Assembly (NCBI GenBank): GCA_043101845.1
Contig: JBICHN010000011.1
Location: 913,678-977,677 of the forward strand
Direction: 5' to 3'
Length of the DNA stretch: 64,000 nucleotides
Source of the DNA: Phycisphaerales bacterium
GTDB taxonomy: Bacteria > Planctomycetota > Phycisphaerae > Phycisphaerales > UBA5793
The position numbers were made by a program, and so were the translations under genes. Positions 17,619 to 28,959 of the stretch are shown here, piece after piece (within the stretch, counting starts at the first letter, position 1; every line of letters begins with the position of its first letter). The notes below the pieces were generated by a model. That model was given only the letters and a program-made list of their open reading frames with translations. It was not told the origin of the DNA and did no database searches.

Positions 17619-18527
17619 TCAACCAGCGAGCCCCGCGAAATCGCGGACCCGTGCAATATCACGCCGAATCTGTGCGACGACCGCCGTCGCGTTCGGGAAG
17701 CGCATTTCACCCCGCAGATACGCGAGGAACTCAATCCGTGAAGTCCAGCCATAGTGGTCGACGGGCCCGTCGTATCCAATCAGGTGCGCCTCGACGAGGC
17801 GGCGCCGCCCGCCGAAGGTCGGTTTGAACCCGACATTGATCGCCGCGGGAAACGCTCGACCGTCGGGGTCGGTCGCCCGACCGGCGAATACTCCATCGGC
17901 CGGGGGCATCGCTTCCGGCTCGACATTCACGGTCGGAATGCCCACCGTACGCCCCCGCTGATCACCTTTTCGTACTTCCCCCCGGACGCTGTACGGTCGA
18001 CCAAGCAGTCTGGCCGCGTCCGCGACCCGGGAATGGGCGAGGAGCCACCGCACCATGGTGCTCGAGACCGTGACGACCGATTGATCGAGAAGGTCGATGG
18101 TCACCGGGTCGACGACCGCTACCGAGAAGTCGTGACGGGTCCCGAGCGTTTGGAGCGTCTCGACCGTGCCCGCTCTTCCCTTGCCGAAGTGAAAATCGGG
18201 TCCCTCGACGAGCCATGCGGGCTGATATCGCCCGACGATCTGCTCGATAAAGGCTTCGGGCGTGAGGTTGAGAAGCTCGGTCGTTGGTTCGAGGCGTTCG
18301 ACCTCGTCGACGCCGAGGGCCTGCAGCGCCACGGAGCGGTCGGAGAATTCGGTCAGCCGGGGAGGGGCGAGCGCTGGACGCAGGGTGGTCATCGGGTGGG
18401 GGTCGAAGGCGAGCGCAATCACGCGGCCACGGGGGCCGGCGAGATCGCGCGCTCGACGCACGAGAGCTGCGTGCCCGAGGTGGGCGCCGTCGAAGTTCCC
18501 GATGGTGACCACGGTCGGACGGGGCAT
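17619..18527 (-). CDS. ribF: Bifunctional riboflavin kinase/FAD synthetase
   Basis: GNFDGAHLGH, GRTVGIPTVN, EAHLI; ATG 18527 lies 7 nt after TACCCT. Confidence 0.9.
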   Translation of the reverse strand: MPRPTVVTIGNFDGAHLGHAALVRRARDLAGPRGRVIALAFDPHPMTTLRPALAPPRLTEFSDRSVALQALGVDEVERLEPTTELLNLTPEAFIEQIVGRYQPAWLVEGPDFHFGKGRAGTVETLQTLGTRHDFSVAVVDPVTIDLLDQSVVTVSSTMVRWLLAHSRVADAARLLGRPYSVRGEVRKGDQRGRTVGIPTVNVEPEAMPPADGVFAGRATDPDGRAFPAAINVGFKPTFGGRRRLVEAHLIGYDGPVDHYGWTSRIEFLAYLRGEMRFPNATAVVAQIRRDIARVRDFAGLAG

Positions 18528-18607
18528 AGCGTCTAGGGTAGGGCGGTCCGTCGGGTGGGCCAAATGCCGAGTGGCGAACCGAAGTATGCCGGCCAATGAT
18601 TCCCGCC

Positions 18608-21553
18608 ATGTTGAAAACCGACATCGATCCCGCCACGATTATCGATAAGCTCGGCCAGAGCGTCATTCAGGCCGCGGAGGACTTCGTCCCGTGGTTCCTG
18701 GACCAGATGCCCGAGACTTATTTCCAGAATACAAGCGAGGAGATGCGCATGGAGCACATGCGCGCGATCCTCGCTCTTCGCGCGTCCGGCCAGGAGCCGA
18801 TGATGCGCATTCGCAGCGCGGATCGGCGTCGAATCACCTATCTGCTGCCGCGCGATTATCCCGGAATGCTCGTCAATCTGATGAAGGATTTCGGGGACGA
18901 GCTCATCCGTTCGGCGAAGCTCTATTCGTCGAAGAATCGCGAACTCGTCATCGACATCTTCGAGGTCGGACCGTCCGAGCATGTATCGCTCGACGACCCG
19001 AATGTGAAGATGAAGTACGACGAGACGCTCCGGCTCGCGCGCGAGATCGGGGCCGAGTGGACCGAGCAGTCACTTCGCGAACACTTTGGTCGGCTCGGTC
19101 ATCAGTATGTGCTCGATTGCCCACCTCGGCGGATTCTCGGACACGCCGAGTTGTACAACGAGGTTCGCCGCACGGCCGGCTCCGCGGTCCGAATCGACAA
19201 CACCCTCTATCCGAATCTCTCCCGCGTCGTGCTCGCGGTGGCGAACGCGCCGGCGAAGCGCATGCTCGTTCGGGTCGCGAAGCGGTTCGCGACGCTCGAC
19301 ATCAATGTGATCCGCGCCTACATCGACGCGATCCAGGCCGGCGAGGAAGAGTCCGTCGTCATCATCTCCGCCGTGGTCGAGGCGCCCGGGGGTGGCCAGA
19401 TCGATCCGGAGAGTCCGCTCTGGCATCGCCTCCATCGCGATCTGCATCGTCTGAAGTGGCTCGATCCTGAGACGATGGCGCTCGCGTGGGGCAATCACAA
19501 CATTGGACTCGGGTCGGCGGACATCCTCCATACCTACTGCGATCTCACCACGCAGTTGCTCGTGAAGACGAACCGATACCTCTACAGCCGCGCGCGGATT
19601 CGCGAAATCGTCGAACAGTACATGAGCATCAGCCGGGAACTCGTCGATCTCTTCCGCGCGCGATTTGATCCGGACGAGTCGCTCGACGACGCCGACTACG
19701 GCCTCCGCGAGCGCAAGATTCGCGATCGAATCGACTCTGAGCTCGAAGACGAGATGGCCCACACCGTCTTCTCGACGATGCTCATGGCGATCAGCGCGAC
19801 GCTCAAGTCGAACTTCTATGTCGTGGGGCGCTACGCCCATTCGCTTCGTCTGGCGCCTGAACTCCTCATGACCGTGGCGCCGCGCCCGGAAACGCCGTAC
19901 GGCGTCTTCTTCGTACACGGTCGCGACTTCAACGCGTTCCATGTTCGATTCCGTGACACGGCGCGAGGCGGGGTGCGCGTCGTGCGACCGGCGTCGAAGG
20001 AACAGCATATCCGCGAGACCGAGCGGCACTTCGACGAGTGTTACGACCTTGCGTACGCCCAACAGCTCAAGAACAAGGACATCCCCGAGGGTGGCGCCAA
20101 GGCGGTTATTCTCGTCGAGCCAAACCAGACGATCACCCGGTGCGTTCGCGCCTTCGCCGACGCGATGCTCGATCTGATCACTTCCGACCCGGTGACACGA
20201 AACCGAATTCGCGACCGGTACGGCAAGCCGGAATTCCTGTATTTCGGTCCGGACGAAAACATCACCCCGGATCACATCGTGTGGATCGTCGAGCGGGCCG
20301 AACAGCGGGGCTATCCGTATCCCAACGCCCTCATGAGTTCGAAGCCCGGCGCCGGGATCAATCACAAGGAATACGGCGTTACGAGCGAGGGCGTAAATGT
20401 CTTCCTCGAAGTCGCGCTCAATGCAATCGGCATCAACCCCCGCAAGCAGTCATTCACGATCAAGCTCACCGGCGGGCCGGATGGTGATGTGGCCGGCAAT
20501 GAGATGAAGATCCTCATGCGCGAGTACAGCAAGCATGTGAAGATCGTGGGGATCGCCGACGGTTTCGGGTGCGCCGAGGATCCCGAGGGACTCAATCACG
20601 ACGAACTCAAACGACTCGTCACGAACAGTCGGCCGATCGCGGACTTTGATCCGTCGAAGCTCTCCGACCGCGGGAAACTGACGCGCGTCACCGATCCGGA
20701 CGGAGTGCGGATCCGGAACGAGATGCACAACCGGGTCATCTCCGATGCGTTCGTCCCCGCAGGCGGACGCCCCGAGACGATCAATCTGAGCAACTGGCAG
20801 CGGTTCCTGACGACCGAGGGCGAACCTTCGAGCCGGCTCATCGTCGAAGGCGCCAATCTCTTCATAACGCCCGACGCCCGCCGCAAGCTGTTTGAGGCCG
20901 GGGTGCTCGTCATCAAGGATTCGTCGGCGAACAAGTGCGGCGTGATCTGCTCGAGCTACGAGATCATGGCGAGTCTCATGATCTCCGAAGAAGAGTTTCT
21001 CGAGATCAAACCGCAGTATGTCGAACAGGTGCTCGAACGGCTCCGCGCTGCAGCCGGCCTCGAAGCGGAGCTTCTCTTTGAAGAACGCCGACGCCGGCCG
21101 AACACCTCACTCGTCGATCTCGGCATTATGTTGAGCCGCGAGATCAATCGCCTCACCGACGCGATCGAGCGGGACTACGAGAAGTTCGAATCGGGTGTTC
21201 CCGAACTCGTGCGGGAAATGGTCATCGAACACATACCTCCGGTCCTCGTCGAGATTGCGGGCGACCGCGTGTGGTCTCGTCTGCCCGACGAGTATCGCAA
21301 GCAGATCGTGTGCGCGGCGCTCGCCTCACGAGTGATCTATCGCGAGGGTCTCGACTACTTCCGCGACACGCCGGATAACTCGCTCGCCGAGTTGGTTCTT
21401 GCGTACCTGTTGCGTGATGAGCGGAACCATCATCTGGTGCGGGTCGTCGAAGACTCGCCGCTCGCCGAGAAGCAGGAGATCGCCGACTTGCTCCGCATCG
21501 GCGGGACGCGAGCCGGGCTGCAGGGACGCTGGCACAAGCGCGCTCAACTGTGA
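18608..21553 (+). CDS. Large NAD-specific glutamate dehydrogenase
   Basis: HVRFRDTARGGVR, KNKDIPEGGAK, GPDENIT, KEYGVTSEGV, GGPDGDVAGN, DSSANKCGVICSSYE. Confidence 0.9.
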   Translation: MLKTDIDPATIIDKLGQSVIQAAEDFVPWFLDQMPETYFQNTSEEMRMEHMRAILALRASGQEPMMRIRSADRRRITYLLPRDYPGMLVNLMKDFGDELIRSAKLYSSKNRELVIDIFEVGPSEHVSLDDPNVKMKYDETLRLAREIGAEWTEQSLREHFGRLGHQYVLDCPPRRILGHAELYNEVRRTAGSAVRIDNTLYPNLSRVVLAVANAPAKRMLVRVAKRFATLDINVIRAYIDAIQAGEEESVVIISAVVEAPGGGQIDPESPLWHRLHRDLHRLKWLDPETMALAWGNHNIGLGSADILHTYCDLTTQLLVKTNRYLYSRARIREIVEQYMSISRELVDLFRARFDPDESLDDADYGLRERKIRDRIDSELEDEMAHTVFSTMLMAISATLKSNFYVVGRYAHSLRLAPELLMTVAPRPETPYGVFFVHGRDFNAFHVRFRDTARGGVRVVRPASKEQHIRETERHFDECYDLAYAQQLKNKDIPEGGAKAVILVEPNQTITRCVRAFADAMLDLITSDPVTRNRIRDRYGKPEFLYFGPDENITPDHIVWIVERAEQRGYPYPNALMSSKPGAGINHKEYGVTSEGVNVFLEVALNAIGINPRKQSFTIKLTGGPDGDVAGNEMKILMREYSKHVKIVGIADGFGCAEDPEGLNHDELKRLVTNSRPIADFDPSKLSDRGKLTRVTDPDGVRIRNEMHNRVISDAFVPAGGRPETINLSNWQRFLTTEGEPSSRLIVEGANLFITPDARRKLFEAGVLVIKDSSANKCGVICSSYEIMASLMISEEEFLEIKPQYVEQVLERLRAAAGLEAELLFEERRRRPNTSLVDLGIMLSREINRLTDAIERDYEKFESGVPELVREMVIEHIPPVLVEIAGDRVWSRLPDEYRKQIVCAALASRVIYREGLDYFRDTPDNSLAELVLAYLLRDERNHHLVRVVEDSPLAEKQEIADLLRIGGTRAGLQGRWHKRAQL

Positions 21554-21615
21554 ACGATCGTGGCCTCGTCGGCGCCGCGATACGATGATCGCGTTCGCCC
21601 GCATGCGGAGGTCGC

Positions 21616-24600
21616 GTGAAGCAGTCTGCGTCAACTCGTCGGTGGCAGGTGTGGATCGACACCGGCGGAACCTTCACCGATTGCATGGCGCTCGGACCGG
21701 ACGGGGGAGTTCGGCGATCCAAGGTGCTCAGCCGTGGCGCCGTGCGCGGCGTCATTCTCGAGCGTATCGGCGCCCGCATGTTTCGAATTCGAGTCGCCAC
21801 CGATCTCGCGCGAAATGCGCTCGCGGGGACTCGACTCGCGCCCCTCGAATCTTCGTTTTCGTCCGTCGAACCGCTGTTGGTCGAGTCTTCGCAGACAGAT
21901 CGAGTCACGCTCTCCTCGACCGCGCCCGCTAACCGCGTGGACGCCCTCGCCGGATTGCTCGACCATTCGGTCGAGCCGGCGGTGGAGTTCATCTCCGCCG
22001 AGCCGACGCCGCTCTTCGCCGCCCGCCTCGCGCTCGGCCTTTCACCCCTTGACCGATTGCCGCCGATCGAATTGCGGCTTGCGACCACGAAGGGCACGAA
22101 TGCCTTGCTCGAACGGCGCGGCGCCCGCGTTGCGCTGTGCATCACTGCGGGCTTCGGCGACCTGCTCGCCATCGGCGATCAGCGTCGACCGGACCTCTTC
22201 GCCCTCGACATCCGGAAACCCGCGCCGTGGTACGACTCGGTGATCGAAACGCCGGAGAGAATTGACGCATCCGGTACCGTTCTTCGCGAACTCGATGACG
22301 AGGCGCTCGCGAGGACGGCGAGAGTGGCCCTCGACGCCGGATGCCGCGTCGCCGCCGTGGCGTTGCTTCATTCCGTCGCCAACCCCGCTCACGAGATTCA
22401 GGTACGACAAGTCCTGCTTGGCCTCGGATTCGACGATGTCGTCGTGTCGCACGAAGTCGCGCCGTTCGTCCGCCTTCTCCCGCGTGCGGAAACCACCGTT
22501 GCGGATGCGTATCTCGCGCCGATCATTTCGGGCTATCTCGACGAGATCGAAGAGGCGCTCCCCAGTTCCTCGCGGCTTCTGGTCATGACGAGCGCCGGCG
22601 GAATGACGGCACGGACCGAGTATCGCGCGAAGGACAGCTTGCTCTCCGGACCGGCGGGAGGTGTCGTCGGAGCATCGCTGATCGGACGGCAATCCGGGTT
22701 CGAGCGGATCATCGCCTTCGACATGGGTGGCACGAGCACCGATGTCGCCCGAATCGATGGCGACTTTGAGTATCGATACGAGACCAAGGTGGGGGACGCG
22801 ACGATTCTCGCGCCGTCGCTCGCGATCGAGAGTGTGGCGGCCGGAGGCGGATCAGTCTGCGGTTTCGACGGAGCAGCGCTCACGGTGGGGCCGGAAAGCG
22901 CCGGCGCGTCGCCGGGGCCCGCGTGCTATGGCGCCGCGGGACCACTCACGATCACCGATGTCAATCTGCTTCTCGGTCGCCTGGCGCCCGATCGATTCGA
23001 GATCCCGATCGATCCCGCCGCCGCTCGGAGCGCCGCCGAAGAGGTCCGCACGCGAGTCGAGCGGGCGACCGGAGAATCGGTCGACCTCCATGCCATGCTT
23101 CTCGGGTGGGTCGAGATTGCGAATGAGCGCATGGCCGAGGCGATTCGCCGCATCTCGATTCGCCGAGGATACGACCCCTCGAACTATGCGCTCGTCGCGT
23201 TCGGCGGAGCGGGCGCGCAGCACGCGCTTGCCGTGGCCGAACGACTGAACATGTCGACCGTTCTCATTCCGAAAGACGCTGGCCTCCTGAGCGCCCTCGG
23301 CCTCGGCGACGCACGAATCGAGCGCTTCGCCGAGCAGGAATTTCGACGACCACTACAGGATTTTGATCCAGCCTCCTTCGCGGAAGCGGTTCGCTTCCTC
23401 GAATTGGACGCGGTGGCAGGTGTCCGCGCAGTCGTTGACGAAGTCGAGGAGATTCACATCCGACGGCGTCTCGCCCGCCTCCGGCTTGTCGGTCAGGACA
23501 GCGCCCTCGAGGTGGCGTTCGAAGAGCCTTCCAACCTGGCGGAACTGTTCGGCGCGCGGTACCGGATGATTTATGGCTACGACCCACCGCGGGGGCGTGG
23601 AATCGAACTCGAATCGCTTCGCGTGGTGGCGTCGACGCGGCCGGTCGTCCAGCCGAATCTGACCCGCACCACGAACGATCAGCCGACTCGAAGTTCGACG
23701 GGCCGAATGGTGGAGAGCCACTTCGCAAACGGACCATTCGAAACTCGCGTGTTCGATCGTGATGAGCTTCTGCGCGGCGAAGTCCTGTGCGGCCCGGCGC
23801 TCATTCTCGAGCGGCACAGCGCGACCGTCGTCGAACCGGGGTGGACGATCGGGATCGACGCGGTGGGCTCTCTGCTCGCCGAACGCTCGTCGAACGACGC
23901 GATCGAACGGGACCATGAACGAAGCGGCCTTCGACTCGAGGCCGCCGAACTCGAGTTGTTTACGAATCGCTTCATGTCCATCGCAGAGGACATGGGAGAG
24001 GCGTTGCGGCGATCGGCGCTCTCGACGAATGTGAAAGAGCGACTCGACTTCTCCTGCGCGCTGCTCGACGCCGAGGGTCGTCTCGTCGCAAACGCGCCGC
24101 ATGTTCCAGTCCATCTCGGCGCCCTCGGACTGTGCGTTCGCTCCGTCATCGAGCGGATGCCGATGGGACCCGGCGATGTCGTCGTCACGAATCATCCGGG
24201 TTTCGGCGGATCGCATCTCCCGGACATCACCCTCATCGCTCCGGTGTACGACGACGATGGCATTCGAATTGGGTTTGTCGCGAACCGAGCGCATCATGCC
24301 GAGGTCGGTGGCGTCACGCCGGGTTCGATGCCGCCGATGGCGCGGTCGCTCGCGGAAGAGGGCGTCGTGATTCCACCCTGCTGGCTCGTCCGATCCGGGA
24401 CGCCGGAGTGGGACGCGATCGAAGAGCGGTTTCGGGCCGGTCCCTTTCCGTCGCGCGCGGTGCATGACAATCTCGCCGATCTTCACGCCGCGCTCGCATC
24501 GATACAGAGGGGCGTCTCAACCCTGCGCGAACTCTGTCGAGAACACGGACGACCTTCCATCGCCAGCCACATGACCCGACTGCGTGAGCGGGCTGCGAAT

Positions 24601-25482
24601 CTGCTTCGTCAACGGTTGACCGCCTTCGGAGACCAAGACCTCGAGGCGGAGGACTGTCTGGACGACGGCGCAAAGATCGTGGTCTCGTTGCGCGTTCGGG
24701 GCGGACGCCTTGCGATCGATTTCTCTGGATCGTCCGCGGTGCACGCGGGAAATCTCAATGCGACTCGAGCCATCGTGCAGAGCGTGGTCGTCTATGTCCT
24801 TCGCGTTCTCGTCGACGAACCGCTGCCGCTCAATGATGGGCTGCTCGATCCCGTGGAACTCACCATTCCCCGGGGGCTGCTCGATCCGGTCTTTCACGAC
24901 GATCCGACCAGATGCCCGGCGGTGGTCGGTGGAAATGTCGAGACGAGCCAGCGCCTCGCAGATCTGCTCCTGCACGCGTTCGGGCTCGCGGCGGGTAGCC
25001 AGGGCACGATGAACAACACGATCTTCGGCGCCGATGAATTCGGCTACTACGAAACGATCGGCGGTGGCGCCGGAGCGGGACCAGGCTTCCACGGCGCCTC
25101 TGCGGTCCACACTCATATGACGAATACCCGAATCACGGATCCCGAGATTGTCGAGGATCGATATCCAGTGCGGCTCGATCAGTTCACGATTCGCCGGGAG
25201 AGCGGCGGGGTCGGCGCCTATCGCGGTGGCGACGGCATCATTCGGGAATTCACCTTCCTGCGCCCGTTGCGCCTCTCATTGCTGAGTCAGCGCCGAATCT
25301 TTCCGCCGAAGGGAATGGCCGGCGGCGGTCCCGGACTCACCGGCCGGCAGACGCTCTTTCGCGCGAACGGAACCGTCGAGCATCTCGCGGGAATCGATGG
25401 AAGAATGGTCGCGCCTGGCGATCGGCTTCGCATCGAGACTCCGGGTGGCGGCGGGTATGGTCCGGTCAGGGACACTCGCTGA
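21616..25482 (+). CDS. Fused hydantoinase A/B / 5-oxoprolinase
   Basis: IDTGGTFTD, DMGGTSTD, STNVKERLDFSCA, GGSHLPD, HTHMTNTRITDPE, TPGGGGYG; SD GGAGG. Confidence 0.92.
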   Translation: MKQSASTRRWQVWIDTGGTFTDCMALGPDGGVRRSKVLSRGAVRGVILERIGARMFRIRVATDLARNALAGTRLAPLESSFSSVEPLLVESSQTDRVTLSSTAPANRVDALAGLLDHSVEPAVEFISAEPTPLFAARLALGLSPLDRLPPIELRLATTKGTNALLERRGARVALCITAGFGDLLAIGDQRRPDLFALDIRKPAPWYDSVIETPERIDASGTVLRELDDEALARTARVALDAGCRVAAVALLHSVANPAHEIQVRQVLLGLGFDDVVVSHEVAPFVRLLPRAETTVADAYLAPIISGYLDEIEEALPSSSRLLVMTSAGGMTARTEYRAKDSLLSGPAGGVVGASLIGRQSGFERIIAFDMGGTSTDVARIDGDFEYRYETKVGDATILAPSLAIESVAAGGGSVCGFDGAALTVGPESAGASPGPACYGAAGPLTITDVNLLLGRLAPDRFEIPIDPAAARSAAEEVRTRVERATGESVDLHAMLLGWVEIANERMAEAIRRISIRRGYDPSNYALVAFGGAGAQHALAVAERLNMSTVLIPKDAGLLSALGLGDARIERFAEQEFRRPLQDFDPASFAEAVRFLELDAVAGVRAVVDEVEEIHIRRRLARLRLVGQDSALEVAFEEPSNLAELFGARYRMIYGYDPPRGRGIELESLRVVASTRPVVQPNLTRTTNDQPTRSSTGRMVESHFANGPFETRVFDRDELLRGEVLCGPALILERHSATVVEPGWTIGIDAVGSLLAERSSNDAIERDHERSGLRLEAAELELFTNRFMSIAEDMGEALRRSALSTNVKERLDFSCALLDAEGRLVANAPHVPVHLGALGLCVRSVIERMPMGPGDVVVTNHPGFGGSHLPDITLIAPVYDDDGIRIGFVANRAHHAEVGGVTPGSMPPMARSLAEEGVVIPPCWLVRSGTPEWDAIEERFRAGPFPSRAVHDNLADLHAALASIQRGVSTLRELCREHGRPSIASHMTRLRERAANLLRQRLTAFGDQDLEAEDCLDDGAKIVVSLRVRGGRLAIDFSGSSAVHAGNLNATRAIVQSVVVYVLRVLVDEPLPLNDGLLDPVELTIPRGLLDPVFHDDPTRCPAVVGGNVETSQRLADLLLHAFGLAAGSQGTMNNTIFGADEFGYYETIGGGAGAGPGFHGASAVHTHMTNTRITDPEIVEDRYPVRLDQFTIRRESGGVGAYRGGDGIIREFTFLRPLRLSLLSQRRIFPPKGMAGGGPGLTGRQTLFRANGTVEHLAGIDGRMVAPGDRLRIETPGGGGYGPVRDTR

Positions 25483-25549
25483 CCTACAATCGCCGACCTG
25501 TTGATTCGGTTTCGCAATTGGAGGGGCGCCGAGGACGCGCTGTTCAACC

Positions 25550-27322
25550 ATGAGCTGGGAAGCCTGGTTCACGCTCTTCGTCATCGCGCTGGTGCTCGTC
25601 GCCCTCATTCGGAATCGGGTTGGCGCCGATGTCGTGACCGTCGGCGGCGCCTCGCTGCTGCTGCTTGCGGGTGTTCTTACGCCGGAAGAGGCGCTGGCGG
25701 GCCTGTCCAATCCGGGTGTGATCACCATCGCGGTTCTCTATGTGGTCGTCGCGGGCCTGCAGGAGACGGGAGTGGTCGCGTGGATCGGCCACCGGGTGCT
25801 CGGGCGACCGCGTACCCTGACGACGGCCATGGTGCGGCTCACATTGCCCGTCGCCGTGATCAGCGCGTTCATGAACAACACGCCACTCGTGGCGATGATG
25901 GTCCCGGCGACTCTCGACTGGGCGCGGAAACTCGGTCGCAGCGCCTCGCGGTTCCTCATCCCGTTGAGCTATGCCTCGATTCTGGGCGGTACGCTTACGC
26001 TCATCGGGACGAGCACGAACCTTGTCGTGTCGGGTCTCTGGCTCAAGGAGGGATTCGAGCCGCTCGGGTTCTTTGAAATCGCGTGGCTCGGCATCCCGAG
26101 CGCGGCCATCGGTCTCACATATCTCATCCTGTTCGGAAACCGAATTCTCCCCGAGCGCACCCCGCCGGTGAGTCTGCAGGACGATCCAAGGTCGTACACC
26201 GTCGAAATGATCGTCGACGAGCGAAGTCCGATCGCCGGTCAGACGGTCGAGGCCGCTGGGCTCCGCCACTTGCCCGGCCTCTTTCTCGCGGAGATCGAAC
26301 GCGACGGCGCCCCGATGCCGGCGGTGTCACCACTCGAGGAACTTCAGGAGGGCGATCGGCTCGTCTTCGTGGGCGTCGTCGAGTCGATACTCGATCTGCA
26401 GAAGATTCGAGGGCTGACCCCGGCGCCCGAACAGGTCTTCAAGCTGAACACCCCGCGCGGTCGCCGATGCCTCGTCGAAGCGGTCGTGTCGGATACCTGC
26501 CCCCTCGTCGGTCGAACGATCCGGGCCGGGCGGTTCCGCAATCGGTACAACGCAGTCGTCATCGCCGTGGCTCGAAACGGCGAACGGGTCAAGGGCAAGA
26601 TCGGAGACATCGTTGTGCGGGTCGGCGATACGCTGCTCCTTGAAACCCATGGGTCATTCGCTGAGCAACAGCGGAATTCGCGCGACTTCTTCCTCGTCAG
26701 CGCGGTCGAGAACTCCACGCCCCCGCGGCACGAGCGCCGGTGGATCGCCATCGCGATCGTGGTTGGGATGGTCATTCTCGGCGCCGCGCAGCCGATGGGA
26801 ATCACCATCCTTCACGCGGCAATGCTCGCCGCCGGGCTCATGCTCATGTTTCGCTGCGTCACGGCGACCGTTGCGCGGCGAAGCGTTGAGTGGTCCGTGC
26901 TCATCGTCATCGCCGCCGCGCTCGCGCTCGGCGTAGCGCTCGAGGTAACGGGGCTCGCCGAGATGATCGCGCACAGCGCCGTCGCGATCGCGGGAGGCAA
27001 CCCCTGGCTCACGCTCGTGATCGTCTACGGCGTCACCATGCTGTTGACCGAGATGATCACGAACAACGCGGCGGCGGCGCTGGTGTTTCCCATTGCGCTC
27101 AACGCGGCGACGGAACTCGGCGTCGACTTTCGGCCATTCGCCTTCTCCATCATGATGGCTGCGTCGGCGAGCTTCTCGACACCAATCGGCTACCAGACGA
27201 ACCTGATGGTCATGGGACCGGGCGGATATCGATTCACGGACTACTTCCGGATCGGCGCTCCGCTCAATCTCACGATGTGGGTGACGACGGTCATTCTCGC
27301 GCCACTGATCTGGAAGTTCTGA
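25550..27322 (+). CDS. SLC13/CitMHS-family permease with TrkA-C domains
   Basis: SAFMNNTPLVAMM, GGTLTLIGTSTNL, two soluble TrkA-C-like repeats, TNNAAA, PIGYQTNLMV. Confidence 0.9.
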   Translation: MSWEAWFTLFVIALVLVALIRNRVGADVVTVGGASLLLLAGVLTPEEALAGLSNPGVITIAVLYVVVAGLQETGVVAWIGHRVLGRPRTLTTAMVRLTLPVAVISAFMNNTPLVAMMVPATLDWARKLGRSASRFLIPLSYASILGGTLTLIGTSTNLVVSGLWLKEGFEPLGFFEIAWLGIPSAAIGLTYLILFGNRILPERTPPVSLQDDPRSYTVEMIVDERSPIAGQTVEAAGLRHLPGLFLAEIERDGAPMPAVSPLEELQEGDRLVFVGVVESILDLQKIRGLTPAPEQVFKLNTPRGRRCLVEAVVSDTCPLVGRTIRAGRFRNRYNAVVIAVARNGERVKGKIGDIVVRVGDTLLLETHGSFAEQQRNSRDFFLVSAVENSTPPRHERRWIAIAIVVGMVILGAAQPMGITILHAAMLAAGLMLMFRCVTATVARRSVEWSVLIVIAAALALGVALEVTGLAEMIAHSAVAIAGGNPWLTLVIVYGVTMLLTEMITNNAAAALVFPIALNAATELGVDFRPFAFSIMMAASASFSTPIGYQTNLMVMGPGGYRFTDYFRIGAPLNLTMWVTTVILAPLIWKF

Positions 27323-27325
27323 ATC

Positions 27326-28648
27326 TCAGGCCAGATCAGGCGGGCACGGGACGGCATGCACCCCTCTGTCATGCGGGAATCCTTCGGATGGCCGCCTGGG
27401 TTCAGTGTCTCCACGGTCCACCAATTGCTTCCCGAGAACAAACTCGAAGATGGGCGTGGCCATGAGGGTGGTCACGATCGCCATGATTACCATGACGCTG
27501 AAGAGCGCCGGCCGGATGATGGCGCGTTCGAGGCCGATGTTGAGGATGATGAGCTCCATCAGGCCACGCGCGTTCATGAGGGCGCCGATGGCGATGGCTT
27601 CACGCGGGCCCTCACCACTGCGACGAGCCGTCCACCAGCACGCGATGCCCTTGCCGAAGGTCGCGGCGAGAAGGATCACGATGGCGATGAACCAGAGTGA
27701 CGCGGTATTCACGAGGCCGATGCGGGTGTTGAGGCCGGAGTACACGAAGAAGAGCGGGAGAAGAAAGTTCGTCGTGAGCGGCTCGATTTTCTGTTCGAGT
27801 GACTCCGAGAAGTGACCCCTGGGCATCGCGGCGCCGAGAATAAAGGCTCCGAACACCGCGTAGATGCCGATCGCGTCGGTGAACCATGCGGCCAGCATGA
27901 CGAGTGCAAGGACGAACGCCATGATGGGCGGCGTGAGCGCTCCCGTCCGCTCCACCACATCGCCAAGCGGCTGCATGAGCCGGCGACCAAGCGTCAAGGT
28001 AATGATCGCGTAGATCACGCCGCCGCCGATCGCAAAAATCGCGACGCTCGGCTCGCCACTGAAGCTTGCGAGGACAAGCGCGAGGACACACCACGCCGCG
28101 GCGTCGTCCATCGAGCCGGCCGCGAGCGCCAGGGCGCCATACGAGGTGTTCGAAAGGCCTCGCTCGTAAATGATGCGCGCGAGCATCGGGAAGGCCGTAA
28201 TGGACATCGCGGCGCCGAGGAAGAGCACGGCTTCGCTACGGGTGACCTCAGGAGCGAACAGCCGGTCGTCGTTGACAAGCCAGAGGGCGATAGCGCTGCC
28301 CAGCGCAAATGGCGTGATAATTCCCGCCAGTGACACGGATGCGGCGCTGTGCAGCCGCTTCCGAATCAGGTCGACTCGGAAGTCGAGTCCGACGAGAAAC
28401 ATGTAAAGAACAAGCCCGATCTGGCTCAGGCAGTAAATGACCGTAAGCGACTCTTTCGGGAACAACCAAGCGCTGACTTCCGGCGCGAGCAGTCCGAACA
28501 GCGACGGGCCAAGGGCGACCCCGGCGATCATTTCCCCGACGACCTGCGGCTGACCGAGGCGTCGGGCGAGAAACCCGACGGCCCGGCAGACGGCCAGAAT
28601 GATGGCGAGTTGCAGGAACAGGCGGACGGACAATTCAAAGTTTGTCAT
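27326..28648 (-). CDS. Cation:proton antiporter, CPA2 family
   Basis: GQPQVVGEMIAGVALGPS, SITAFPMLARII, DDAAAW, GALMNARGLMELIILNIG. Confidence 0.9.
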   Translation of the reverse strand: MTNFELSVRLFLQLAIILAVCRAVGFLARRLGQPQVVGEMIAGVALGPSLFGLLAPEVSAWLFPKESLTVIYCLSQIGLVLYMFLVGLDFRVDLIRKRLHSAASVSLAGIITPFALGSAIALWLVNDDRLFAPEVTRSEAVLFLGAAMSITAFPMLARIIYERGLSNTSYGALALAAGSMDDAAAWCVLALVLASFSGEPSVAIFAIGGGVIYAIITLTLGRRLMQPLGDVVERTGALTPPIMAFVLALVMLAAWFTDAIGIYAVFGAFILGAAMPRGHFSESLEQKIEPLTTNFLLPLFFVYSGLNTRIGLVNTASLWFIAIVILLAATFGKGIACWWTARRSGEGPREAIAIGALMNARGLMELIILNIGLERAIIRPALFSVMVIMAIVTTLMATPIFEFVLGKQLVDRGDTEPRRPSEGFPHDRGVHAVPCPPDLA

Positions 28649-28959
28649 GGTCGCGTCTCAGGACGAGTCTCGTCGCGCAACGACAACCCGACTCCGGGCC
28701 CGTACCGGCCGTGCCCGACGCGTGGGCGATCGTTCAAGACTCGTCATCGAAACTGGCGGCAAGAGAGTCGCCGCGGCGCCCGTGCGCCCTCCTCTGAGCC
28801 CGGTCTTGCGGCGTGGGTCGTCGTGCGAGCGAAGTGATCTCGCCGGCCCCGCGCTCCGGGCGCCACAATCATGCGGGCCACGCCCAGATTGTCAATACGA
28901 ATTCCCTCCGTGAACCCTCTGATTCATGCTCCAACCACCCGCCCCGGTACCATCCGGGC

